From positions 2,356,001 to 2,420,000 of the forward strand of contig NW_027117340.1 of the NCBI RefSeq assembly GCF_038025025.1: a stretch of DNA of 64,000 nt, given 5' to 3'. A model generated the notes under the pieces. It ran no database searches. It was not told where the DNA came from and worked only from the letters and a program-made list of their open reading frames with translations. Source of the DNA: Phyllosticta citribraziliensis. Its lineage: Eukaryota. Below are positions 36,430-50,691 of this stretch, in pieces. The translations under genes were made by a program, and so were the position numbers. Each line of letters opens with the position of its first letter. Positions within the stretch are counted from its first letter, which is position 1.

Positions 36430-39100
36430 TTAGTATGCGGTCTGCATTTCGAGCACCTGGACTGGCTGATTCGGTATCGAAGGAGTCGGTGACCCCGAGC
36501 GAGAGGACATGGCGTCCTCGTAACCGACGAGAGCCTGTGAGTGGAGCTTGAAGGATTCGCCCATGAGTTTGGTGATTCTGCGCCCAGTTAGTCTTGATCA
36601 ATCGTCCGGTTTTGTGCCAAACTTACCCCCAAACAACCACTTCGTCAATCATGCTGCCCCAGAGGCGAGCCACAGTCGAACTCAACTTGGCGCCATACAC
36701 GTCGACCGAGTCATCGTCGAACAAGTTCCTAAGCTTGTTGTACATGACAAGTTCATCCTCAGTTGCGGGCTCCTCGTCATGTTCCAGGCGATAGAGCCAC
36801 AAGGTGAGGATGACCATCAAGTCCAACCCGCAGAGAGGATGCTCGATGCTCCAGTTGGTCGCAGAAGTCCTGGCCACCCAGCGGATGCCTTGAAGCGCAG
36901 CGACCTCGATGCACTCGAAGCACTCTTCAATGACTTTGATCATCTCCTGAGATCGCTTCACGTTGTCTCGAGCATTGGTCATGGACGCAGCCACCTCGTA
37001 CGAGTCGTGGTATCTAAGAGCCTCTTGAACAGACTTCAGGTCAACCAAGAGTCGCGCACGAGTGTTGCGATACATGGCCATAGCATTGAAGATGAGCGGG
37101 TGCCCTTTGTGCGGCGCGCTGAGCTTCACAACCACGGTTTCGGGCTCGCAAATCTCAAGGGATTTTTCCCAGGTCTCCAACGCCAGCCGCAGCTTGTACT
37201 CAGTCACGACGTCTTGGAGAGCCTCAGGGCTGCGTTTGTGATACCAAATCTCCAGGAAGAGAGCGTTGATCATCACCCTGGTGGCAAACGCGCTGTACCG
37301 GGCAGTCTCGCCCTGGAATAGATTGCCATGAGCTTGGCGGAACGTTATGATGTTGGAGGCGGCGAGATTTTCGCGCCACGAGTCGTCGTCAGAGGGATCC
37401 GTGTTCCAGAGAGTCTCGGACGAAGGCAGCTCGAGCGTGTCGAATTCGTTGAAGCTGATGGCAGGCGTGTGGTTGTACGTCATGGTAAGCAAACCGAAAA
37501 AGATGTACACTGCGTAGTATGTACGGCGGCACTGCTCATCTTCGATCCATTCCTCGTGAGTAGGATGCGCACCCTCACGAGCGTCGGAACGGTGCTTCAG
37601 CTCATAGCGGTTACCAGCGACCATCTGGACGTGTTAGCAGGTTGATCAAGCGATCGTTTGTAGAGCGACTTACGTTGGCAAGAAGACTCTTGATGGAACA
37701 CGCCCATTCAAGTCCCTTGGGATCACCGCTCCAGCTTGCAAAAATCATATTCAACAGAGTGCTTTGCATGGTCCAGAGGGGACATTTCCGGGAGCTAAAG
37801 TTCTCCTTGTGCTGCAAGAACTGGTTGATGAGAAGTTTGGCGCCAATGTGAAGCATGTACGCTTGGTCCTGGTCGAAAGTGTAGAGTGCACCAATAGAGA
37901 GAACCGCCAGCAAGAGCGGGGCGGAGATGGTGGTCGGATCGAACGACGCAGGATGCAAGAATGGCAAGTGGTGATGAAACAGGTTGAAGTACGTGGTCAA
38001 GTACCTGTTCAACAAAGTGACACTGGGCAAGTGGAAACCCGCTTCGTTGAGGAATTCCTGGCTGTCGCAGCGCCGGATGTTCTCAAGAATCTTGACGCAT
38101 GCCTCTTCCGACTCGATCTGAGGAGCCCGCGCCATGGTCAGCGCTTGGCTTGGGCCAGGGGACCGACGGTAGTCGACGGGAGAAACGGGGCCCATCAACG
38201 GGTACGGCGAGAGGGCACCAGGGGTGGCAAGGCCAGAGCCTTGAAGAGAACTCTGAATCGAGGGAAAGGAGGGCGCCAAAGTGTCGTTCGCAGAGGATTG
38301 GCGCTCCATGATGGGAGCAAGTTGGTTCGGATGCGACTGGCCATTCGCGACGCTGTTGAAGTGCGAATCCTGCGATCCCGACATGCTCGAGGACAGCGAG
38401 TTGGACTTGGCTCCGTCGACGGGGTGGGGCAACATCGAGTCCCACATGGGCATCTGAGGGAGGGAGACGGTGCCAGAGGAATAAGCGACCTGGGGCTCGA
38501 GAAGGGCAGGGCCGTGCGGCGACATGACCGTTTCTTGCTGTGCCTCGTGGCCGGGGTCTGGCTCCTGGCTTGCCATGGCCTTTTGATGGAAATCGGTGAC
38601 CAGCATGGCGGCCGTCTCGATGTCGACCATGGCGTCGTTGCTCGCTTCGATCTGCTCGAGGGTCGCCGTGTCGATTTCGACCGAGGGCTTCGACGGACCA
38701 GCGGAGGGCGCAGGCGTCGACTTTGGAGCGGCACGGCGCTTTACTTCGCTGTGGAGAGGGACGCCGCCGTCTTTGGCGTGGACGGTGCGGTCATGTCGCA
38801 GGAGCAGGTCGCGGCGGACAAAGGTGCTTCGGCACTTGTGGCATTTGAAGGGGCGTTCCTTGGTGTCTGTGGCAGTGGATCAAAGTGTCAGTGGCGCGGA
38901 GGGCCAGTTACGGTAGGCGAGGGGTCGGCGGCGAGTGGGGACAACGTACGCGATCGTTCGTGTCGGCTGCGGTGCTCGCTTCTGCTGAAGGCGCGGTTGC
39001 AGAACTGACACTTGTACTTCTTTTCTGGCTGGGCTTGAGGCTTGCGGGCGCCTGTTGAAGGCGAGCCGGAGGCGAGCAGAGCCATGGCGGCAGCGGGCAT
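36430..39100 (-). CDS. amdA: C2H2 zinc-finger plus fungal-specific TF domain transcription factor (AmdA/Klf1/Adr1-like); 4 exons (39100-38950, 38866-37674, 37624-36627, 36577-36430)
   Basis: YKCQFCNRAFSRSEHRSRHERSHTKERPFKCHKCRSTFVRRDLLLRHDRTVH, then YFNLFHHHLPFLHPASF and WIEDEQCRRT. The start could be 39100 or 39085, and the amdA name is tentative. Confidence 0.88.
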
Positions 39101-39522
39101 CGAGGCAGGGCAGCGACGGTGGTTCAGCTGTGGTTGGGGTCCGGGGCGGTCGAGGGTCGACTCGGCGACTGGCGCGTTCGGTTCAAAGCGTGGTGGTGTT
39201 GTTGCTGATGAGCATTCCGTATGCGCAGGATCATAGGACGGCAGCGATGGGCGGCGACAGGAGACGAACGACTCGTCTCTCGTCTGGGAATGAGCAGAGG
39301 GGCCAGGCGACGGGGCGACTGGCGTTGGAGGGCGGTGGGTTGTGGGAGGGCGCTGGGGGTAGGCGATGCAAAGTGAGTGATGGTTGGAGATTGATTTGGA
39401 GAGGTGGGGGAAGAGCGGCGGGCTGGAGGAGGGAGACGTTCCCCTCGTTGAAGGAAGGCAATGGTGGTCCGTGCGTCGCGACTGACGGCCGGGGGCTGCG
39501 GGTGCCCTGGTGCCGACCGACG

Positions 39523-39563
39523 GCCTGCCTGCCCTGCCTGCCCTGCCTGCCCTGCCCTGCCCT
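39523..39563. repeat. Compound (GCCT/GCCCT)n repeat
   Basis: Read directly from the sequence. Confidence 0.8.
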
Positions 39564-42500
39564 CACCCTCATTACATGTACCTTCAATTCATTACCTACC
39601 TCCGTCTCCCTTTCGCTCTCCACCCGGTCCAAAATAATGGCCGTCGCAAACGCTCGCATCGCTCTGCATGGGTGCCAATTCACAATCTAACTGGTACAGG
39701 CACCGGCGCAGGCGCAGGCACACCGGCAGGCACAGGCACAGGCGGCGGGGAGGCGGGGGGCAACAAGTGACAACGGAATACCTTGCGCATTTTTGCAATC
39801 GGCGAGGGATGCGCGCGCGTCGCGTGATGGCAGCTTTTTGTATTATTGCGCTGTGTGCCGACCTGGCCCTGGCTCTGGCCCTGAGGTCCCCTCCTCTCTC
39901 CTCTCTCCCCTCTCCCCTCCCCCCTCCCCCTCTTTACTCCTACTACTACTGGACATGCACCTACACTACAGACTGTACCCTGGCCACCAAACGCATTCCC
40001 TGCCCTTCCGAAATTTTCAACAAGACGTCGCCTCTCCTCTGCAGCCTGTCTTTGCTTTTGGCCCTCGTCCAATCTATCATCAACACGACGCTCCGACCAG
40101 GGCCTTAACTCCAGAGTCATCCGCTCCGACCCCCATCACATCAGCTCGCTCCGCTTCCCTTCCCTTCGTTGACGTCGTCGCCAACGTCACCACGGCCTCG
40201 TCTCAACCCGCCGCATCATTTTCCCGCCCTCGTAGCGCCCGTTGCACCGCGCCGTCGTCTTCTACCCGGATCAGAAGCTGAGGGCTGCTGCACTGTCCTT
40301 TGTGAAACACTAATTTGCGAGGGCCTGGTCGACGTCGTCCTGCAAGAGGTCAACGCCCGCCTCTTGCTCGGCCACGATCTGCGCTCGTCTCCGGCGCCTT
40401 GCCCATCTCCAGACCAACGACGGCCAACACTCGCCGGCACGGGAAAACGGTGACGCATGGCCAAACCCATCTTAGCTGCCTCTTCTAGTCCCCGCTATCC
40501 ACCAGCTGCCCGTCAACCGCCGCGTTGGCCTGCACCCATGCCCACCCTGACTCGGTCAACATGCCCTCCGGTCCCAATCAGCCCTGCGCACAGGTAGAGA
40601 GAGACCGCTCTTCTGCGCATGAGGCTGAAATCGCAACGCCTTGTCACTCGTTTGATTTGTCCTCGGACTGAAATCAGCGCCTGCCCGGCATCCAAGCCTG
40701 GCATGGTGCGCCAGCCTCCTTGTTTTCTTGGCGGATTCTGTGCCTGATCAAGCACACGTCCACGTCGCACCTGTCTCTGAGCCGTGGCACAGGCGACAGG
40801 AAGGTTGGATGCTCCCATTCTTCTCGATTTTACAGAGGTAGGTTGGTCGTCTGGGTACACGGCCCATTTATCTTTTTTGCAAAGGACACGAACAAGTTCT
40901 GTGCGTTTTGATTGCTGCTTCTGTCTTCTTTCCGTCTTGTTTTCATATCACGCCTGTTGGCACAAACCTACCTATGGTTGGTTGTTGTGCAGGTGAAATC
41001 ACATCCAAGTGGGGCCATCTTAACGAATGTACCACCCCGCGCTGCAAAATCACAGCTTGCCTTGGCTTGTCTCGAGCGGCAAACGCCCACCTCCTTCAAC
41101 TGGCATGGTCGGCAGCGCTCATCTCCGCCAGTCTCGGCGTGCGCGTAGTGAGTCGCGTCACACAACTCAGAGCCCCTTTTCACTTTTCTTAAACTGTCCA
41201 CTTGCGCCTGCTTGATCGATTTTGGCTGAGCATCTTGGGACGGTGGGCGTTCCGGGGTTGAAGTCGAAAGTTGCATGGCCCGACTGCACCCGGCTGCACC
41301 ATGCGACCCGGTCAGTTATTCCCAGCTTCCGCTTCCACGCGACACTCATGACTCGGCACGCAATCTTGACCGAAACCTCTGTTCCTGAACACATCGTCGA
41401 TCCTTGAACGATGGCCGTTGGGCGGCTGTTGGCGTACATAGGCAAGCGATTCCAAACCTCCCGCTGCGGCTCCGGCCGCTTCAATGAATCGAGAACGTCA
41501 ACATACATCTCGTGCTCAAGGGGCTTTCTCGGTTGCTTTTGTTTCGACTACGGCGTCGTACATACGTGCCCACGTCTGGACTTGTCCCGGATGGACTGAG
41601 ACCAAACCAAGCTGCAGGAATGGTGGCGATCACAGGCCGCACAACTAAAAAACGACTTGGCTGCTTCGCCCAAGAGTACGTCTTGGTGGTGTTGTTGTCG
41701 GAAAAAGTGTGTCGAGCGACTTCATGAGCAGCACGCCGGCCTTGGCCAATGTCCCGACCGACATGCCCGACACGTCCTCTGGTTGATTCCCCTCCCCGCC
41801 AAAGTCGCTGTTCTGAGAGATCTAGCAAGCGCCCCAATGACGGCTGTAGGGCCAACAACCAAAGTTGAGCTCGCCTTTGTTGGCGCTTGATTGGAAATGT
41901 CTCGGGCACGTGGCCAAAGACAAAGAAAACTTGATCCGGCGCCGACAAGCTAAACTCAGACGAATTCTTCTTGTAAATCTTTTTTCCAGCGCGGGGCAAG
42001 GTGGCTGTGAGGCACTGGGCCGCCACAGCGGCGACACTGAATGCCTGCCAACCATTTGGCCTCGAGGTCCCCAGCGCAAGTAGTCTGGTTTAGAACACAA
42101 TGAAAACAACCCGCTTAAAACGGCGTTAGAAGCGACATGGCGGATAGTCTCACGACGGACTAGACAAACTAAAAGCCTCATGCGCCGAGGGAAACTACTG
42201 GAATCTAGAAACCGCAGCGTGTTGCTGGGAGTATGGTGAAGTTACTTGGCTGCCCCGCTTCACAAACAAGCAATAACCGGCGGCTCGCCGGACCCGTGAG
42301 ATTCGCCATCCGCAGCGGGGTTGCGTTGCGTCGCGACCTGATCTGGCGGAGGTGTGGCCCGACCTGCAACGCCGGGGACTACGACGAGGTGATGGTGAAG
42401 ACGATATTCAAGCGGACGAAAGCCATCGAAGCGTGCGGTGGATATCCAAGAAAGATGGCCCCAAGCAATGGTAGATCGTCTGGGGCTATCCCTGGGGTAG

Positions 42501-43452
42501 CTCCACACCGGCATGCCATGATTGGACCGAAATTTTGAATGGACCATGGATGTGAAGCTACATTGGCACAAGATTGCGCGATTAGATCTTGAGGAGAAAT
42601 GACCATGTACAAGAAAGACGGTAGGTACAGCCACAGGGCTGCATGTATGGACGGGAGCAACGGGAGGGAGTGCAAGGCTGCATCTGCAGCGGAGTGCTGA
42701 TGCCCAAGACGGCGATTCCTCGTCAAAGGAACAACCTTGTCGTCAAAAGTCGGCCGTGGTAGAGGATCTTCGCCTCAGAGCCTGCCCTGGCTGGTCAACA
42801 CGTGGACCAAGCTTGCGGAGATTGGTTTGACGTGAGCGTCGAGCACGGCGTTCGGGTGCTCGTCTTGAGCCCATAATCCAAGAGGTGCAGGGCATGGTCG
42901 GACAGTTTTGGGGGGGGGCCAATTGCAAGTCGAATGGTAGATCCCGGCCGCCGGCCTGGCTTTGTTCTCCACGTGACCGCTGGGCGTCAACCCTGAAGCG
43001 CAACGGAAACCCTCATACCTGAGCCAGTCACCACCACGTTGCCGTCGGACTCCAGGCATCACCACTCTGGACTACTGCTCCTGCTCCGCCCTCCTGCTCC
43101 ATCCTCTGTCGAAGAAAAAAAAGAGGCTGCGCACGCCCATGTGGTGCCGTGTCCCTACGAGCCCATGCTCTTGAAGCCCCCCGGTGGTGCATCGCTCGAC
43201 CTGACCCAGCTGGCCTCTCGCGAACCCCCGATCCCCTCCTCGCGCCGAACCAAAATTCACACGACACGACCCTTCGAACCCTTTTCCCCTGTCAGCCCCG
43301 TCACTCTCCCTTGGCTCAGCGTCGCGCTTCTCCGTCTCGGTCCGACTCCGACAACGACGGAACGCGAAAGAGGGGCACCAGGGCCCTGAAAGCCGGTCCA
43401 TCGACGTGCTATCGCGACCGCCGCTTGTCCAGCTGCGCTCTTTGCCATCGCC

Positions 43453-46400
43453 ATGAACGGTTACTCGGGCACATTGGCCCCGCCAGGAGGCATGTACGTG
43501 CGGGCCTTGTACGACTACGAGGCGGACGATCGGACCAGTTTGAGCTTCCGCCAGGGAGACATTATACAAGTCATTACCCAGTTGGAGAGTGGCTGGTGGG
43601 ACGGCGTCATCAACGGCGTCCGCGGCTGGTTTCCAAGCAACTACTGCGCCGTCATTTCCCGGCCCATCGACGACGGGCGCGACGAGAGCAGCGCCGACGA
43701 AGGCGACGGAGCCACCATAGACGGTTCGCAGACGGACTTGGGAAGCTTCTCGGAAGCTTCAGACACGGATGACGATGGAGGCAAGACTTCTTTGCCGTTG
43801 GAGGGCACCGAGACGACAAAGGAAGAAGAGGCTGCGTTTTGGATACCCCAGGCGACCCCAGACGGACGACTTTTCTACTTCAACACGTTGACCGGCGTTA
43901 GCACAATGGAACTGCCTCTGGAAACGCCCTCTTCTTTGTCAGAGAATGGACCGCGAGACCGGACGAATGTGAACATGCCAGAAATGACAAGACCGCCACC
44001 AGAACTCATGGCTGGAGGCTGGAACATGTATAATGGGGACACGGATGACGAGAACTCGGCGTCTGATGTCGAAGGACCAATGGCCGGCTCCCACAGCTCA
44101 TTGGTGAGTGCCAATATTTTTTTGCGCTGGGTGTGACATTGTGACTAATGTGCATGCAGCAACGGCGGCGCTCACTCACTTCCAACGGCGTGTCACCTGC
44201 AACATCCATGGACTCCATAGGCGGTGGATTGACGCGCTCACGCTCAGACCTGCACGAAAACGCCCAACCCTCAGGATTTTCTGGCCTTGGTCCGCCTTTG
44301 GGCACGACTTTGTCTACTTACGCCAACAACTCGTGGGTCGGCGGCCCGATGACTTCTGCAGTTTCCCGTCAATTCTTTGACGACGCGCAGGCAGTACCTC
44401 TCACCTGGAACAGGATGGTGGAGGATATGCGCCGATCCGTCGAGCGTTACCGCCAGGCCATCAGCAACAGCGATCGCTCCGAGTTTGTAAAGCGCGCTGA
44501 AGACATATCAGATCACCTACGGCTGCTTCTTGCTGCTGGATCTGGCACAACCGACAACCACTCTGGCAACCCTTCGATCATATCCGCCAACAAGGCTCTG
44601 TATCCTCACTTCAGAGAGACCATGTCTCGCTTTTCGAAACTCGTCTTGTCGTCTCATATCGCGGCGGCAGACTGGCCACCGCCCGACTCATACTCCAAGT
44701 GCCTGAAAGAAGCGGACGGCGTTTTGAACGGAGTGTATGGATTCGTCGAAGTCGCTAGGCAACAACGCGGCGAGGACATTCCGCGCCTAATCCCTGGTTT
44801 CATCATTGGCAGCTTCAACGGTGGCAACTGGCAAAGCAACGGCTTGAGTTCGCAGGACCCCATGAACCCCATGTCCTTCATCGATCAGGACGACCAGGAC
44901 GAACCAAGCACGCGCCTCGACGACAAACTTGTTGAAAGGCTCGATGACTTGAAGAGATTCATCGTTTCGAGCATCAGGAAACTCGAAGAGCGTCTGGAGC
45001 TCGACGACAAGGTCATAACCAACGCTGCGCATAAGAAGCTCGGTGATCGGGTGTGCAAGTCCTGTACCAAAATCCTCGAGGTGTATCGACCATGGATCTC
45101 AACCGTCGAGTCTATCAATCTTGCTCCAATTGGGTCGACTTTCCAAAACCCTCAGGTCGCCGACTTTAGTATTGCCAAGCAAAAGGTTTACGACATGATT
45201 TCCGAGCTCATTCTAGCGGTCCAGGCTGTGGGAGCTCCGCTAGGCGACGAATGGGCAGAGAATCGTGGCGAGGCAATTGAGGATCGTCTCAACCATGTGC
45301 GGAATGTCGCCCACGATCTCGAGTCAAACACAGCCAAATTGTACTTTTCCCTCCAGCTTCTCTCGGATCTCATGCCCATGGACGACAGTCCACCGATGGA
45401 CTCGAAGCGCTACACTGAGAGCGACATTTACAATCACTACCAGCGCAAAGGTTCAACAGCAAGAGCTCTTCTCGACGAAGACGTCCCCGGAGGTGGAAAC
45501 AATGCCAAACTCAAAAAGTTCTTTGGTGAAGTCCCAGCACCCGTCATCCAGCAGCAAGCTGCCGAAGAGATACCAGAGTTTCTTCAGTTGGATCACGAGG
45601 GTGAAATTTCATATGATTTCAAGACCACGCCTCCTGCGCTCAAAGGTGGCACCCTCGCCGGCCTCGTCGAACAACTTACTCGCCATGACCGTCTGGACTC
45701 TCCATTCAACAATACGTTTCTGCTCACGTACCGTTCATTCACGAGTGCAGCCGAGCTCTTTGAGATGTTGGTGAAACGGTGGAGCATCCAGCCCCCGGCC
45801 GGTCTGTCTCGCGAAGACTACCAGCTTTGGGTGGACAAGAAACAAAAGCCCATCAGGTTCCGCGTGGTCAATATTCTCAAATCCTGGTTCGACAATTACT
45901 GGATGGAGGACAACAATGAAGAAGCCCAGGCCCTAATCCAGAGGGTCTACGCCTTTGCCAAGGACCACGTTGCTACCAGTGGCACCCCCGGAGCTACTCC
46001 TTTGATGGCTGCTGTAGAGCAGCGTGCACGTGGCCAAGATGCTCCATCAAAGCGCCTTGTCTTGACGCTCAATACTCAAACGCCACAACCCATTCTGCCC
46101 AAGCACATGAAGAAGCTCAAATTTCTCGACATTGATGCAACTGAGTTTGCTCGCCAGCTCACCATTATTGAGTCGAGGCTGTACGGCAAGATTCGGCCGA
46201 CCGAGTGTCTGAACAAGACTTGGCAAAAGAAGCTCTCTCCTGGCGAAGCTGACCCAGCGTCAAATGTCAAGGCGCTGATCCTGCACTCCAACCAGCTGAC
46301 CAACTGGGTGGCGCAAATGATTCTGACGCAGCAAGACGTCAAGCGGCGTGTGGTTGTGATCAAGCACTTTGTCTCTGTGGCTGACAAGTGCCGCATGCTC

Positions 46401-46950
46401 AACAACTTCTCCACCCTCACATCCATCATCTCAGCGCTCGGCACAGCGCCGATCCACCGTCTTGGTAGGACCTGGACGGCGGTCAACGCGAGAACAATGG
46501 CGACGCTGGAGAATATGCGCAGACTCATGGGAAGCACCAAAAACTTTGCCGAGTACAGAGACACTTTGCACAAGGCCAATCCGCCGTGCATTCCTTTTTT
46601 CGGTGTCTACCTGACCGACCTGACGTTCATTGAGGATGGCATTCCTTCTCTGATCAAAAAGACGAACCTCATCAACTTTGCAAAGCGCGCAAAGACGGCC
46701 GAGGTCATCCGAGATATTCAGCAGTACCAGAATGTGCCGTATCCTCTACAGCCGGTGCCGGAGCTCCAGGACTACATTCTGACCAACATGCAATCGGCGG
46801 GCGACGTGCACGAAATGTACGACATGAGTCTACAGGTGGAACCTCGTGAGCGTGAGGATGAGAAGATCGCGAGGTATGTAGCTTCCTTTCAAAGGCGAAT
46901 TTGAGGTTACTAATTTAGACAGACTTCTGTCCGAGTCAGGATTTCTATAA
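43453..46950 (+). CDS. cdc25: Ras guanine-nucleotide exchange factor Cdc25 (SH3, WW, REM, RasGEF); 3 exons (43453-44103, 44160-46873, 46923-46950)
   Basis: SH3 YVRALYDY..GWWDG..RGWFPSNY; WW FWIPQATPDGRLFYFNTLTG; REM GGTLAGLVEQLT..FLLTYRSF; GEF PCIPFFGVYLTDLTFIEDG..INFAKR; last exon RLLSESGFL. Confidence 0.96.
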
Positions 46951-48312
46951 TGATACCCCCCTAATCTATAGCATTTTTGTTGCCGCTCAGGGCTGCCGAC
47001 ACAGTCCCAAGCTTTGCCTCGGCCATGATGAGTGCACCACTTGCGTAGGAGCTTGGTTGGAAGGAGTTTTGTATTTGGAAGTCTTGGCGGGTAGTGTCCA
47101 CGCCAGTTGGATACGAATGATCTACTACAGCCATGGCGTGATGAGAGGCACAAAAGGAATCTCAGCAAGCAAGGTGTAACGGGTTGAGGAGTATTTCGAG
47201 CAGACAGTAGAAGGAACTTGGATTCAATTTTTGCTTCTAGCAATGGGACGCCACCAGACCATGGACGCGATCGAACTTTTGGATACGCAAGAGCGGTTTT
47301 GCAGTGTGAAACGAGTCAAAGCCGGCGCTACGGCCAAAGCGAGGTGGTTTGCGGAGGGTTGAGGCTGTCTTGTGAGCATGTACTTTGACTGATTTGTCTC
47401 TTGACGGCGATAATACACGGTCTCGCGGACGATGATACGATCAACACTTGTACGGATACCATTTATTTAATCAAGCCCAGCATAGTCAATTCGGCAGACG
47501 AGAGAAGGATGCGTGCCACATTTAGGAGTTGAAAGGCACGTCCCGAGCACCGGGCTGGTCCACGCTGAAGCTGCTCACCAGGTGTGTACATGGTGCCCAT
47601 TGTCTGCAGGCTGGCGTGGTGCAAGGCTCATGTTTTGCAGCAAACAAACGGGGTTGCCACCGGTGTCCCTGTGGATCAGCCGTGCGGATGCCGGAAGAGT
47701 TTCAAGGTCGCTTGGGGAAGCATACACGTCGCACCGGCGCGCCCTTGCGTTGCAGCAACTTGGTGTTTGTCATTTCCTGGTGCGCTTGTCCTGTGCAACA
47801 CCAACGTCGTGCAACACCATCTTCTGCTCCATGTCTCCACCTTGAAAGCGTCATGGCGCCCAGTCTTGCCTGAGGTGCCTTCTCGTCGCAGCTTCCCTTC
47901 CCCCGCTCTGTGCATGCACTGCACTGCTCTGCCGGTGCCCTGGTTGGTTTTTCCACCATGTGACGGTCCACCTATACCTCAGGTCGTCGCAGTCTCGTCT
48001 TGTCGCTACCTTAACACCAGACCGCTCTCGCCTCTGTCTTCTTCTCTGGGGCGGGACTGCCCTCTTACGGCGCTGTGCATTCCCTCTGATCCCCTCGTCC
48101 TCAAGTCTCGACTGCCTGGTGCGGTGACGGACTGGCTCCTTCCATCTGCCACCGCAGATTCGTGCGTGTGCAGCGCTTCTTTCTTTTGCCTGTGCTGGCC
48201 ACTACACGTCGCTGGCGCATGATCAACCACGCGACATCAGACTTTCTAGGACTTGCACACTTTCCCTCCACTGCTGCCACGCAATTTTGGGCTCACTCAT
48301 TCACTTTTGGCC

Positions 48313-49604
48313 ATGGCTCCGGTTTTCCTCCACCGCCTCGGTGTGTTTGGCGTGCTTTGCGCTGCGATAGGCAATGGTAAGTTTTGTTTCTCGGTTATGC
48401 TCTCTGGAGGCGGCGGCCAATGAGCGTTCGTTGAATCTCTTGTCAGTCATGGCGGCAAGCTGCGATTGCGGCTACTCGGTCAATTCAACCAATGCGACTT
48501 CTTATGCGCTCTTTACCGACCTCGTCGAGACGGATTTCCTGCACGCTCAAGATCTCAAGGCCGCTGGGTGGACGCCGCAAGTCTACAACGTCACCCCCGA
48601 CGCGGCGCGTGGGCCCTATGGCAAGATGGCGCTCCTGGAGAATGTCGTGCCAAACCCACTCAAGAGCGATTGGGACTGGGCAGGCGATTCAGTCCATGGA
48701 GGCGACCCTGGATTGCAGGTGTACGTGCGCTCTGATCCGATCGACGACATGATTCCAATGGGCGAACTCGTGATCCAGAGGACCGACATGTTGTTTGGGA
48801 GCTTCAGGGTCGCCATGAAAATCACCAGCGCATCGGGAACCTGTGGCGCATTCTTTTGGGTAAGACGATGAGCAAAGCTCAGCCAAAATTGGTGTCAGAA
48901 AAAGCAAGGGTAACAAATTGGCAAATCCGCAGTTCCGCAACGACACTCAAGAAATCGACATGGAGTTTCTCTCCAAGCAGCTCAACGACACATCGAACCC
49001 CGTCAACCTCGTGCTACAGTCGCCACAATCAGCCCAGGCTGGATTCGACGCCTCGCACACGCAGACCTACGACATCTATCCGCTGCCGTTCCGGCCAGAC
49101 GACGGCTTCCACGAGTACCGCTTCGACTGGCTCGACGACCGCGTCTCGTTCTACGCCGATGGGCAGTGGCTCAAGGACATGACCATCGACCTTCCCAATA
49201 GCGCCGGCCACCTCGTCCTCAATCACTGGAGTAACGGCGACCCGCTGTGGTCCGCTGGCCCGCCATCCACCGATGCCATTCTCACCGTCTCATACGTCAA
49301 GGCCTATTTCAACTCGAGCGAAGCCCAGCGCCAGCGCGACTTTGCACGCCGCTGTCCTAAGCCCGATGCTGACAACCAGTGCGTCATTCCGGATCAGACG
49401 CGTGCACCGGACGGTCAAGGTCCGGATGGCAATGCCACGGCGCGTACCTTTTTCTTCTCGGCAGACCCGGATGACGTCGACAACCAGACGGTGTTTGACG
49501 GCTGGCCGAACGAGAGTAGACGGACTGACGGCGGCGCCGAGTGGGGGATGCTCGTCGTTGGATTGGCAGTTGCGGCAGGATTGGGGTGGTTTGGTCTGGT
49601 ATGA
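48313..49604 (+). CDS. Glycoside hydrolase family 16 protein with signal peptide and C-terminal membrane/GPI anchor; 3 exons (48313-48376, 48447-48859, 48933-49604)
   Basis: Catalytic EIDME motif, CDCGY, GTCGAFFW|F, FHEYRFDW, LNHWSNGDPLWS.GPP and a hydrophobic C-terminus. Confidence 0.92.
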
Positions 49605-50579
49605 GGCCGCAGAGAGGTGATTCGAGTCGTTGGAGGTGTTGTGTTGGCTCTACGATCAGGGGGGAAAGATGGAGGTGGAAACCACAACCCCTACCCTTTC
49701 TCGTCCCCCCTTCCATATCTTTTTCCTTCTTTCTCTTTCCATCACTGCATTCGCTGCTTCTTTCTCTTCTTCCTCTTATGGTAGCCTGTCTGCCTGATAC
49801 CCCGTCCTCCAGCTCTTCTGCTGCATGCACGTCTTCCCACTTCTCAAGTGCTCTGTATTGCCCATTGTACAGTAAACCGACAGTCAGCACAGCACAGTTG
49901 CATGTCTTGCTTGCCGCAGAGACTTTTTACTTGATCACGGCACTCCTCTTGTCACTTTTCCTTTCTCTCCTTTTCCCTCGGGTCATGCTTCCCAAATTTC
50001 TGTGTGGTATATTAACATCGTCCTCTCTTGTCAAAACATACTCATACACATGGCAGTTGTTAGGAAAGCAAAAAGGCACCTTGCGCAAAACCCAAAAGAA
50101 AAAAAGAAACAACCACGCTACGAGTCTGCAGTTGCGGTCCTTGTCTCCCACGACATCAGGGGACCTCGATTCTTTAACCCTCATGGTCTTCGTGGAGCAA
50201 ACCAAAGAATTGTCGATCTCTCCTCGCTGTCTTCGTCATGGCTCCCGTCCGGTTGTGCCTACCCTCAAAAGGTTGCTGATTTCTCAGGACACCGTCGTCG
50301 TTTAGGATGCTCCTCATTCGCCTTTTTTCCTGTCGCTAAACCCATTCGTCAGATCACTTTCACCACACCATCTCTCCAGCCCCCATTAGCACCGGCCCCT
50401 CCAGCGCCCTCTCATCCCGCTTTAACCCCTAATAGTGCCGAGTCGGTCCGATGCACTTCACTTCCCAACACCTTTTTCCAACCACAACATCCCAAACCCT
50501 CTTGTCAAAGCAGATCAACCCTCTCACGCCTCACTTAAGACACTTTATAAATATGTTAGCCACCTCGCTTTTCAACAAC

Positions 50580-50686
50580 GGTTGATTGGTCTAGTTGGTC
50601 ATGACGTGGGTCTCATATTTTCAATATGATCACTTCTTCAGGAGTGAGCGATCCCAAGGTCACCAGTTCGATCCTGGTATCGACCA
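50580..50686 (+). tRNA. trnM: tRNA-Met(CAT), elongator type, with a 33-nt intron (50618-50650)
   Basis: Acceptor stem GGTTGAT/ATCGACC plus discriminator A; D-arm with A box TGGTCTAGTTGG; anticodon arm TGGGT-CTCATA^A-TCCCA with the U31-U39 pair typical of elongator Met; T-arm ACCAG-TTCGATC-CTGGT. Confidence 0.95.
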
Positions 50687-50691
50687 GTTTC

